A stretch of DNA of 63,664 bases from Anaerolineae bacterium. Its GTDB lineage: Bacteria; Chloroflexota; Anaerolineae; JAAEKA01. Positions 26,576 to 34,147 of the stretch are shown piece by piece (position 1 is the first letter of the stretch; every line of letters begins with the position of its first letter). The position numbers and the translations under genes were made by a program. The stretch lies in NCBI GenBank assembly GCA_032111745.1, contig JAULUH010000156.1, positions 1 through 63,664 of the forward strand, read 5' to 3'. The notes under the pieces are model-generated. The model saw only the letters and a list, made by a program, of their open reading frames with translations, ran no database searches and was not told the DNA's origin.

Positions 26576-26848
26576 TCATTCTACCCAATCCACCAGGCCC
26601 CTGGTCTCCAGGTCAGAGAGAAACTCCGCCACCTGCTGTCGGGCCTCGGACAGCGACACCTCAAAGTCCTGGGTCAGGAGGGCGGCAATCTCATCCATGG
26701 TGCGGCTGCCGTCGGCCAGTTCCCAGATGCGCGACCCGGTGGGATTCAACATGCGCACCGTGTTCTCGGCCGGGCTGATGATAACGGCGTCCTGGCCGAA
26801 GACTCGCGAGGCCGTGCGTGGGCTGTGTAGGGGCTTGCGCTGATCCAC
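26576..26848 (-). CDS. PqqD-family protein (RiPP recognition element-type peptide chaperone)
   Basis: 90 aa with AGGAG SD and a GTG start. VIISPAENTVRMLNPTGSRIWELADGSRTMDEIAALLTQDFEVSLSEARQQVAEFLSDLETRGLV is a textbook PqqD/RRE pattern. Confidence 0.85.
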   Translation of the reverse strand: MDQRKPLHSPRTASRVFGQDAVIISPAENTVRMLNPTGSRIWELADGSRTMDEIAALLTQDFEVSLSEARQQVAEFLSDLETRGLVDWVE

Positions 26849-26876
26849 AACACTCTCCTAGGCGAATGTCCTAGAC

Positions 26877-26905
26877 ATTCTAAAGCAAGTCTAAACGGCT
26901 GTCAA
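26877..26905 (-). promoter_or_regulatory. Sigma70-type promoter TTGACA-17-TAGAAT for the PqqD-rSAM-peptide unit
   Basis: Minus strand reads TTGACAgccgtttagacttgcttTAGAAT in the 92-nt gap after the sugar-transferase stop, ~22 nt upstream of the PqqD start. Confidence 0.6.
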
Positions 26906-26940
26906 CAGGCAAATTGTCCAAAACACCAGCGGTCTTACAC

Positions 26941-28443
26941 CTATTGACCCTTCAGTTGTAGCATCACAGAGATAGTGCGCAAGATGATGCGCAGGTCCAG
27001 CAGCATGTTGGCGTTCTTGACGTAGTACAGGTCATATTCCAGCTTGATACGCGAGTCGTCTACGGTGTTCCCGTAGCGATACTGCACCTGGGCCCAGCCG
27101 GTGATCCCTGGCCGCACCGCATGCCGGGCCCGGTAGAGGGGGACGGTCTTGGCCAGGCTCTCCACGAACTCGGGCCGCTCCGGCCGCGGGCCGATGAGGC
27201 TCATCTCACCGCGCAGCACGTTGATGAACTGGGGCAACTCGTCAATACGGGTCTTGCGCATGACACGCCCGGCCGGCGTGATGCGATCGTCGCCCGATCT
27301 AGCCCACACGGCGCCGGTGTGCTTCTCGGCATCCGGCACCATGGAACGAAACTTGATACAGTGGAAGGGCCGGCCACCTGCGCCCACGCGCCACTGGCGG
27401 TAGAACAGCGGCCCAGGAGAGAACATCCGGTTGGAGATAGCCACGAATGGGATCACCAACGCCAGCACAGCCATGCCGGCCAGGGAGGCGGCAAGGTCCA
27501 CCACCCGTTTGGCGACCAGGTACAATCGGTGGCCTGCGTCCTCATCCATGGGCAATGCGTCGCTCAAGTTGCGCCCCACGTGTTGCACGGGCACCCGCGC
27601 CAGCAGGCGCTCGTAGATGGTCGACATGGTGGTCACACGCAGGCCCAGCTCCCGGCAGCGCAGCAGTTCGTCGAACAGCCCGTCGACGATGTCATGCCGG
27701 TGGGTGATGGCCAGGATGATCTCATCCACATCCAGCGCCTGGGCCATGGGCACCAGCACACTGTGGCCTCCTAGCACCGGAATGCCCCGGACATCCTGAC
27801 CGTTCAGCTGCACCGAGTCGTCGACAAAGCCCATGATCTGATAGCCCGTGCCTCGATAGGGGTTGGCATCGTCCGGAGCCGTCCTAAACATATCCACCAA
27901 CGTGCGGCCCGCCAGGCCTGCGCCCACCACCAGGGCGCGCTGCGTGAAGCGGGGCTGCGCAAACAGGTTGGCATAGACAACGCGCCAGGCGGCGATGCTC
28001 ACCAGCGCCAGCCCGCCAAAGATGAAGATGATGCCCCGAGAGATCAGAGGAGGGGTCAGCTGCGGGATGAAGGTATAGACCAGCACCGTAGTTGCCACTG
28101 CAGCCGCCACGTTGCGAATGCTGTTCATGGTGCTGGCGGCGCGCGCCAGATCATACACGTCGAAGAACAGAGCTACCAGCCCCCATACCACCGTCAGGGT
28201 AATGTACCATTTGAAGGGGTCCAACAACTGGGCCAGCGTATCGGGCGTATCGTTGCCCAGGGCCCAGGCCACCATCAGCGCAGTGTTGAGCAAAAGAACA
28301 TCTATTATGAACAACAACACCTTGCGCTCTGAATTGCGCAGGCGCAAACTGGCCCCAGCCCCGCGTTTGGGTGACGTCAGAACGTAATCGGCCTTGCTCC
28401 GGTTGGATAAGCCTTCGTTGAAGCCTCTGGAGTCGAGACTCAT
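26941..28443 (-). CDS. Exopolysaccharide priming polyprenyl-phosphate sugar phosphotransferase (Bac_transf family, WbaP/EpsB-like)
   Basis: N-terminal TM bundle, a central nucleotide-binding-like domain (ALVVGAGLAGR) and the canonical C-terminus: GPLFYRQWRVGAGGRPFHCIKFRSM...DDRITPAGRVMRKTRIDELPQFINVLRGEMSLIGPRPERPEF. Confidence 0.9.
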   Translation of the reverse strand: MSLDSRGFNEGLSNRSKADYVLTSPKRGAGASLRLRNSERKVLLFIIDVLLLNTALMVAWALGNDTPDTLAQLLDPFKWYITLTVVWGLVALFFDVYDLARAASTMNSIRNVAAAVATTVLVYTFIPQLTPPLISRGIIFIFGGLALVSIAAWRVVYANLFAQPRFTQRALVVGAGLAGRTLVDMFRTAPDDANPYRGTGYQIMGFVDDSVQLNGQDVRGIPVLGGHSVLVPMAQALDVDEIILAITHRHDIVDGLFDELLRCRELGLRVTTMSTIYERLLARVPVQHVGRNLSDALPMDEDAGHRLYLVAKRVVDLAASLAGMAVLALVIPFVAISNRMFSPGPLFYRQWRVGAGGRPFHCIKFRSMVPDAEKHTGAVWARSGDDRITPAGRVMRKTRIDELPQFINVLRGEMSLIGPRPERPEFVESLAKTVPLYRARHAVRPGITGWAQVQYRYGNTVDDSRIKLEYDLYYVKNANMLLDLRIILRTISVMLQLKGQ

Positions 28444-28519
28444 GGCTACACCTTTCTGCCACGTCTACCGTGAAAAAAGCGCCAAATTCTTTGAGTCTGT
28501 TGTTAGTGGCCGGCAACGG

Positions 28520-29665
28520 TCAACCGGCGCCAACCGTTGGCCAGCCAGAGCTTACTGTCTTGTACATAGTGTGCAGGATGTCTTGCTCGCGGCGGCGCTG
28601 CTGATCGTACCACACCCGTCCGGCCTGGCCCATCGCGGCCAGCCGATCTGGATCCGAAAGCGCCTCGCTCAGGCATCCGGCCAGAGCCTGGGCATCACCA
28701 GGGGGCACGATCCAGCCTGTATGGCCCGGTTCCACGTATTCAGGCAACGCGCCCACGCGCGTTACGATTACGGGCTTCTTGAAGAAGTACGCAGCAGCTA
28801 CCAGGGCCGACTGGGTGGCATCTACATAGGGCAATACTACCAAGCCACAACGGCGGAACAGATCTAGGGCTTCTTGATCGTCGATTCGCCGGTTGAACAC
28901 CTCAATTTGAGGCGGGATCCGGTCTACCCACTCTTCTGGAAGGGATCCTGGCCCGGCCATTGTCAAGAATGGAAGCATGCGATGCTGGCGTGCCAAGGCC
29001 TCCCCAGCCTCAAACAGATACGCCACCCCTTTGTAGCGCTCGAGGCGACCGAAAAACAAGGCCCAAGGTTCGTGGACGATCTCCAGGGCTGAAGACCCTT
29101 GGGCTAGTTCTAGTGTATCATGACTCAGAAACAAATGCAATAGTGGTGTGGCCCAGATTCGCTGCGCTGGCAGACCTTTAACAAGTAAGCGTTGCCGGTA
29201 GACCTCGCCGTGCACCAGGATGTGGCTCGACCACCTCAGCACCGCCCGATTCCACAGGCGGATGAGCTCGCCAAATCGCACCCCTACGTGCGGGTCCAGG
29301 TCATGTAGCGTATGGATTACCGGGACTCCTTGCCGGCGCAACTCCCGGACCAGGGCTGGGTTCCACAGATGCACACCCGTAAAATGCACCACGGCCGGCT
29401 GGCCGGCGCTGCGCGCCAGGTCCAGTACAGTGCTAAGGACCTGACGTCCAGCCGGCACATCCAGCCCCTCGGCGGTGAAGCCGGTACTCTGCATCGTGAC
29501 CGGCGTGTGAATCGCCACATCAGGAGAGTAGCGATCCCGTACCAGTGTGGAGGTGGACACCAGGTGCACATCATAGCGACCATCGCCGGCCAGGCGATTG
29601 GCCAGGTCGGCCGTATACTGATGCATGCCGAAGGTAGGCGACAGCAGGACGTAGATTATGCGCAC
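28520..29665 (-). CDS. Glycosyltransferase family 4 (GT-B fold)
   Basis: Start placed at GTG giving MRIIYVLLSPTFGMHQY, a typical GT4 N-terminus; the track TTG at 29698 is possible. C-terminal donor-binding region: GLVVLPYVDATQSALVAAAYFFKKPVIVTRVGALPEYVEPGHTGWIV. Confidence 0.85.
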   Translation of the reverse strand: MRIIYVLLSPTFGMHQYTADLANRLAGDGRYDVHLVSTSTLVRDRYSPDVAIHTPVTMQSTGFTAEGLDVPAGRQVLSTVLDLARSAGQPAVVHFTGVHLWNPALVRELRRQGVPVIHTLHDLDPHVGVRFGELIRLWNRAVLRWSSHILVHGEVYRQRLLVKGLPAQRIWATPLLHLFLSHDTLELAQGSSALEIVHEPWALFFGRLERYKGVAYLFEAGEALARQHRMLPFLTMAGPGSLPEEWVDRIPPQIEVFNRRIDDQEALDLFRRCGLVVLPYVDATQSALVAAAYFFKKPVIVTRVGALPEYVEPGHTGWIVPPGDAQALAGCLSEALSDPDRLAAMGQAGRVWYDQQRRREQDILHTMYKTVSSGWPTVGAG

Positions 29666-29790
29666 GGGCTTCAGTATATAACACGCATCGTAGGGCAAGT
29701 GTTACATTTCATGCATAACGGGGAAGAAGTCGGTAAAGGTAGTATTGACGCCTCAGGGCCAGCCTCGTATTGCCCATGGACCGGTACACC

Positions 29791-31362
29791 TTAACGCCGA
29801 GGCAACAACTCCGCTACCAGACCTCCTGGCGGTTGCCAGGCGACCTCCTGGCTGCCCCAACCTTCCTGTTGCCAGGCGTCACTTCGGCTCAGCACCTCCT
29901 CCCACCATTCAACCCGGTCCGCTCGGGAATCGACCAGAAGCACCCGGGCCGGCGCATCAGCCTGCTGGGCGATAGAGGCCAGGATGGCATCCAGCCGCCG
30001 GCCATCGTTCACGACTACGGCCACCTGGCGCGGCCCAAAATAGACCAGGTAGAGGCCTACCAGGTCATCGCTGCGAACCAGCACCAGGTCGCCGGGTGAA
30101 GTCTCAGCCACCACCTGCGTCGCCAGCGCATAGGTCCGGTTACGTACCAGGTCATGCCTGGGCAACACCTCGAAGGCAGCGTTGGCAAAGGCTACAATGG
30201 CCACTGCTGCGGCCAGGCCAAATGCCCAGCGCCGGCTCTCCTCGCGGCGCGCTCCCGCCAGTAGCGCCATCAACAGCCACCAGGCCGCCAACACCTGCAC
30301 CCAGAAACTCACATCTCCAGGTACCCAGTAGAAGCCGAACGCGGCATAGAGCGTGGTCCACACGGCCAAGATCCCCAACGGGCGTCGCTGTGCCGGCCAC
30401 AGGCGCGCGCGCCATCGCCATGCCACAACAAGGGGAACCAGAGCTGCCGCCAGCACCGCCAGATAGGTGAGAGCAAACCCTACGCGGCCAGCCAGGCTAG
30501 CCTGGCTGAGAAAGTCCTGGGTGGTGCCCTCCAGGCTGAGGCCCGGAAACAGGATCAGGCCGCGCAAAAACGCGTAGACACCATGGGGCAGGCTGAACCA
30601 GGTTGGCTCACCGTAGACACTGCCACCGCTGAGCGCTGCCCGCAGGCGGTCCCCCTGGCCGCCAGACCACACGGCCAGGAACACCGCCAGGACCGGCAGG
30701 GTGGTGGCCGCCACGGTCCCGACGTAGCGCAAGGCATGGCGCCGCCACCTCGGGCCTGCCAGTTGGTCGTCCAGCCACAGGCCAGCCAGCACCACAGGCA
30801 CCAGGAACGCGCCCGTCAGATAGCTCAGGATGGCCAGGGTAGTGCCGAGGCCCAGCAGGATCGGATAGCCCGCATGCTGCCACTGTCCCGGTGAAACGGC
30901 CAGCAGGCCCCATAGCACCAGCAATGTGGTCGCCAGCGGGATGGTCACGAACTCGGCCTCGACGCTGAGCAGCCAGATCCCGCCGGACACGGCAAAACCG
31001 ATACCAATCGCGATCGCCATACCAATGGACCGGCTCAGATGCCGGGCCATGCTAGTGATCAGGCCAGCGGCCAGCGCGCCGCCCAGCGCGTTCAGCACCT
31101 GCAAGGGCAGCAGCGCCCGCCCGGTCCAACCGGCCAACCGCCAGGCCTGCACGAAGAGCCACCCCAGGGGATGCAGCAAGGGATGGTAGGGATCCAAGAG
31201 GTATGCTGGAACCCCCGCCTCGATGGCCAGGGCATAACCGATGCTGTCCCCTGTGTAGTAGCGCGACAGGGTAGCCACGTACAAGAGGAAGACCACTCCT
31301 GTAACGGCCGTGGCAGCCAGCCAGGACGGCCGGGACATGGATGGGGTTGGCGCAGCGCTCAC
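29791..31362 (-). CDS. Polytopic membrane protein, GT-C-like (DUF2723/PMT-like) with soluble C-terminal domain
   Basis: About 11 predicted TM segments. First-loop motif YYTGDSIGYALAIEAG. ~110-aa hydrophilic C-terminus. Family assignment is tentative. Confidence 0.6.
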   Translation of the reverse strand: MSAAPTPSMSRPSWLAATAVTGVVFLLYVATLSRYYTGDSIGYALAIEAGVPAYLLDPYHPLLHPLGWLFVQAWRLAGWTGRALLPLQVLNALGGALAAGLITSMARHLSRSIGMAIAIGIGFAVSGGIWLLSVEAEFVTIPLATTLLVLWGLLAVSPGQWQHAGYPILLGLGTTLAILSYLTGAFLVPVVLAGLWLDDQLAGPRWRRHALRYVGTVAATTLPVLAVFLAVWSGGQGDRLRAALSGGSVYGEPTWFSLPHGVYAFLRGLILFPGLSLEGTTQDFLSQASLAGRVGFALTYLAVLAAALVPLVVAWRWRARLWPAQRRPLGILAVWTTLYAAFGFYWVPGDVSFWVQVLAAWWLLMALLAGARREESRRWAFGLAAAVAIVAFANAAFEVLPRHDLVRNRTYALATQVVAETSPGDLVLVRSDDLVGLYLVYFGPRQVAVVVNDGRRLDAILASIAQQADAPARVLLVDSRADRVEWWEEVLSRSDAWQQEGWGSQEVAWQPPGGLVAELLPRR

Positions 31363-31381
31363 AAGCCAAACCGCCTGCGGG

Positions 31382-31657
31382 TCATGGCGGCGCAGGCGTG
31401 CTCATCAACCGCGCATAGACCTGGTCTATCTGGCGGTACACCACCTGCCAGGCATACGTTTCCTCCACCCAGGCCTGGCCATTGGCCCGCAGCGCTGCGT
31501 TTAGCCCGGGATCCCGCAACACGCGCACTGTAGCCGCCGCAAAGGCCGCGGCATCGCCGGCAATCCGGATGTTCTCCCCGTCCCGCACCTCGATGCCCTC
31601 AGCACCGATAGGCGTGGCAACGGTAGGCAGGCCCCATATCGTTCCGGCATTGTTCAT
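31382..31657 (-). pseudogene. 3' remnant of a GT4 glycosyltransferase (last ~83 codons only)
   Basis: WGLPTVATPIGAEGIEVRDGENIRIAGDAAAFAAATVRVLRDPGLNAALRANGQAWVEETYAWQVVYRQIDQVYARLM aligns to the C-terminus of CDS 32867..34111 (most residues identical by eye). Homology stops abruptly at ~31632, where the HEPN gene ends. Confidence 0.7.
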
Positions 31658-32175
31658 GGCCTGAACTCCTGGCTATCTGCCAGTTGGTCTGCCAGAGTAT
31701 AGAGCCATGCTACAAAGCGCTGGACGTCAGTTTCCACCTGGCTCCAAACCACCGGGTAGCGGCTCACCAAGCGCTCAACGCGTTCCGCATCCAATTCAAA
31801 CCCGTAGATGTTACGCACAACGTGGCGGAAAGCCAGGTACTCGCGCAGGTTCTGGACGGTAGCGGGAGCAAGCAAGGCAGGCCGACCCTGCCAAGCTGTT
31901 TCCATTCGCTCTAACAGACGCCGGTGCCAATCGAAACCCGTGGGAGCTCCTCCATTTAACTCTGATGCGACTATTTGAAAGATGCGCTCGCAACCCGTAT
32001 AGAAGTTGTGGAGTTTGAGGGCCAGGTTCTCGTAGAACAGAGCGGAGTGTCCAGGATCGCGGACTATCTCCTCCTGAACGGCAGCTACCTCGCCAACCAA
32101 CCTCCGGAGATGTCCCAAATCTGCGTTGATGTCAGCAGCCAGACCCCGCAATGCTTCCGGTGAAACTTGTTGCAT
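31654..32175 (-). CDS. HEPN-domain protein (HepT-like putative RNase toxin)
   Basis: 173 aa, all-helical, with LREYLAFRHVVRNIYGFELD (R-x4-H-type HEPN motif region). The start is coupled to the stop of the upstream nucleotidyltransferase (TGAGATG). Confidence 0.7.
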   Translation of the reverse strand: MQQVSPEALRGLAADINADLGHLRRLVGEVAAVQEEIVRDPGHSALFYENLALKLHNFYTGCERIFQIVASELNGGAPTGFDWHRRLLERMETAWQGRPALLAPATVQNLREYLAFRHVVRNIYGFELDAERVERLVSRYPVVWSQVETDVQRFVAWLYTLADQLADSQEFRP

Positions 32176-32176
32176 C

Positions 32177-32602
32177 TCAAATCTCTTCTCCGGTGATCAA
32201 AACCCGGGCTCTGAAGTGGGGTGCCAAGTCCTCCAAAGGTTTCAAATCGATTGGAAAGACGCTCAGCTTGGCGGCCAAAGCCAGCGCTGGAAAGTAATCG
32301 CCCGGTGCCAGGCCCTCGACTGCCAGGTCGATATCGGAGGCCGCGTGGAATCGGCCACGTACGAGCGAACCAAACAACACAACACGCGAGACACCGAAAC
32401 GGGCGCGCAGCATGCCGGCAATGTGCGCGGCATCGCCACGCGCCCGCTGCGCCAATCTCTCGTTGATTCTGCACGCAGATGCTTGCCGATCCCGCCAATA
32501 CGCCAGGTAAGTGTCGGCATAGTGCACACCCATTGGCTCGTGGCTTGTTGCCGCATCGATCTGAGCCGCTGCAGGAGCACCATCTGGTGGTTTTGTAGCC
32601 AT
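32177..32602 (-). CDS. Minimal nucleotidyltransferase (MNT/MntA-like antitoxin)
   Basis: VVLFGSLVRGRFHAASDIDLAVEG is the GS...DxD pol-beta NTase signature. It lies immediately upstream of the HEPN gene. Confidence 0.8.
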   Translation of the reverse strand: MATKPPDGAPAAAQIDAATSHEPMGVHYADTYLAYWRDRQASACRINERLAQRARGDAAHIAGMLRARFGVSRVVLFGSLVRGRFHAASDIDLAVEGLAPGDYFPALALAAKLSVFPIDLKPLEDLAPHFRARVLITGEEI

Positions 32603-32608
32603 GACTCA

Positions 32609-32637
32609 ATTATAAGCCACCAGCAGCAGACCGGCAA
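32609..32637 (-). promoter_or_regulatory. Promoter TTGCCG-17-TATAAT giving a leaderless or near-leaderless MNT/HEPN transcript
   Basis: Minus strand reads TTGCCGgtctgctgctggtggctTATAATtgagtcATG. The -10 ends 6 nt before the ATG and no SD is present. Confidence 0.45.
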
Positions 32638-32756
32638 TTGACCTGGACGCGAGCGGACATCGAACGGGCCTGGGGTCCTTGACGCCTGGCCATGCTCGCC
32701 TTGCTCCAGGGGGGAGCCGGTGGCGACACAAGTCAAGCAGCGATTGGAACTCAATA

Positions 32757-32842
32757 CCTCTTCCCACCACAGAGCCTAGTCCGCCCTGGAGTCAACCAGA
32801 AGCACCCAGGCCGGCGCATCAGCCTGCTGGGCGACATAGGCC
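32757..32842 (-). pseudogene. ~86-nt remnant homologous to the 3' end of the GT-C-like gene 29791..31362
   Basis: 32757..32842 aligns with 29895..29980, sharing accagaagcaccc(a/g)ggccggcgcatcagcctgctgggcga. It translates as AYVAQQADAPAWVLLVDSRAD* versus ASIAQQADAPARVLLVDSRADRVEWW in the intact gene. Confidence 0.5.
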
Positions 32843-32866
32843 CGGTGGCACCACCAGACCTGAGGG

Positions 32867-34111
32867 TCATGGCAGTGCCGGCGTGCCCATCAGACGCGCA
32901 TAGACTCGATCCACCTGGCGGTAGACCATCTGCCAGGCATAGGTTTCCTCCACCCAGGCCCGGCCATTGGCTCGCAGTGCTGCGTTTAGCCCTGGATTTC
33001 GCACCACGCGCACCGTGGCGGCGGCAAACGCCGCGGCATCGCCGGCAATCAAGATGTTCTCTCCATCTCGCAGCGCAATGCCCTCGGCACCGATGGGCGT
33101 GGCCACGATGGGCAGGCCCCACAGCCAGGCGTCCAGGATCTTGACCCGCATGCCCCCGCCCGAAAACAGGGGGACTACAAAGGCATCCGCAGCAGCCAGG
33201 TACGGCTGAGGGTCAGCCACGTAGCCTGTTACCTCCACGCGCGGGTCAGCGGCCAGGGCCTGCACCTCGGGTGGCGGGTTCTTGCCTACCACCACAAAGC
33301 GTGCTTCTGGTACTTCCTTCCACAGCAGGGGCATCACCTCCCTGGCAAACCATAGCACGCCGTTCACATTGGGTGGCCAGAACATAGTGCCCAAATGCAG
33401 AATGGTGGGAGGGTGGGGTGAGGAGGGAGCGATAGGAGCCACGGAGGTGGGATCCACACAGATGGGCACGGTGGTGAACTTCGTCGCCAACTCCAGTCGT
33501 TCTGCCGCAGGAAAGAGGGCCAGAAGATGGTCCTGGTCCGCTAGGGTGACGGTCAAGAGCGCATCATAGGAGCGCACCATATCCATCTCATAGCGCCGGA
33601 AGGCCCGGGCCTCGCGGTCGGTGACCAGGCGCCGCAGCCCGGTGGACTCACCGGCCATGCGTTCGGTAAGTAGATAGATGGCGTTATGCTCATCCAGGAT
33701 GGTACGGGGACGCCGGGGCGCAGCATCGGCGGCCAGCAGCCCCCATCCGGCCATGCTTAGTTGATCGGCATGGACAAAGTCAAAGTCCTGTTCACGCGCC
33801 AGGCGCTGGAGGGCGGCTGCCATCTCGGCCATCTCGTCGCGGGCAATGACCATGGGTTGGCCCGTGAGCAACCCCTTGGCACCCGCTCGCACATTGCGGG
33901 CCATGCTGCGCTGGATGGGCACGGGGTAGACGGCCTGGCAGAAGCTGCGCAAGTGTTCGACGTAGTTGGGGCGATCGTCAGGACGCACGAAGGAGACGAG
34001 GGTGAGCGCGTGCTGTGCAGCCAGGTGGCGTGCCATGTGATAAGCACGTACCTTGGGCCCGGCGTCCAGGGGATAGGGCAAGACCTGGGTCAGAAAGAGG
34101 ATGTGCGACAT
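32867..34111 (-). CDS. Glycosyltransferase family 4
   Basis: MSHILFLTQVLPYPLDAGPKVRAY N-terminus and FVVPLFSGGGMRVKILDAWLWGLPIVATPIGAEGI donor-binding motif. Confidence 0.9.
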   Translation of the reverse strand: MSHILFLTQVLPYPLDAGPKVRAYHMARHLAAQHALTLVSFVRPDDRPNYVEHLRSFCQAVYPVPIQRSMARNVRAGAKGLLTGQPMVIARDEMAEMAAALQRLAREQDFDFVHADQLSMAGWGLLAADAAPRRPRTILDEHNAIYLLTERMAGESTGLRRLVTDREARAFRRYEMDMVRSYDALLTVTLADQDHLLALFPAAERLELATKFTTVPICVDPTSVAPIAPSSPHPPTILHLGTMFWPPNVNGVLWFAREVMPLLWKEVPEARFVVVGKNPPPEVQALAADPRVEVTGYVADPQPYLAAADAFVVPLFSGGGMRVKILDAWLWGLPIVATPIGAEGIALRDGENILIAGDAAAFAAATVRVVRNPGLNAALRANGRAWVEETYAWQMVYRQVDRVYARLMGTPALP

Positions 34112-34147
34112 GAAAACGTCAGGATCGGAGAACGGATGGTTGGCGGC

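Noticed and set aside
25096-26848. Mycofactocin (mftABC) locus
   Set aside because: The gene order differs, with the peptide last rather than first. The peptide ends in GVC rather than the conserved GVY and lacks the IDGMCGVY-type core. No mftD/E/F-like genes are in the window.
17871-26848. Lasso peptide cluster (PqqD + HprK-like + nucleotidyltransferase)
   Set aside because: No asparagine-synthetase-like lasso cyclase and no transglutaminase-like leader peptidase is present. The PqqD gene is paired with an rSAM/SPASM enzyme instead.
31382-31657. Functional small glycosyltransferase
   Set aside because: It has only the last ~83 codons of a GT4 fold, with a fortuitous ATG overlapping the HEPN stop. 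It lacks the whole N-terminal Rossmann domain, so it is called a remnant.
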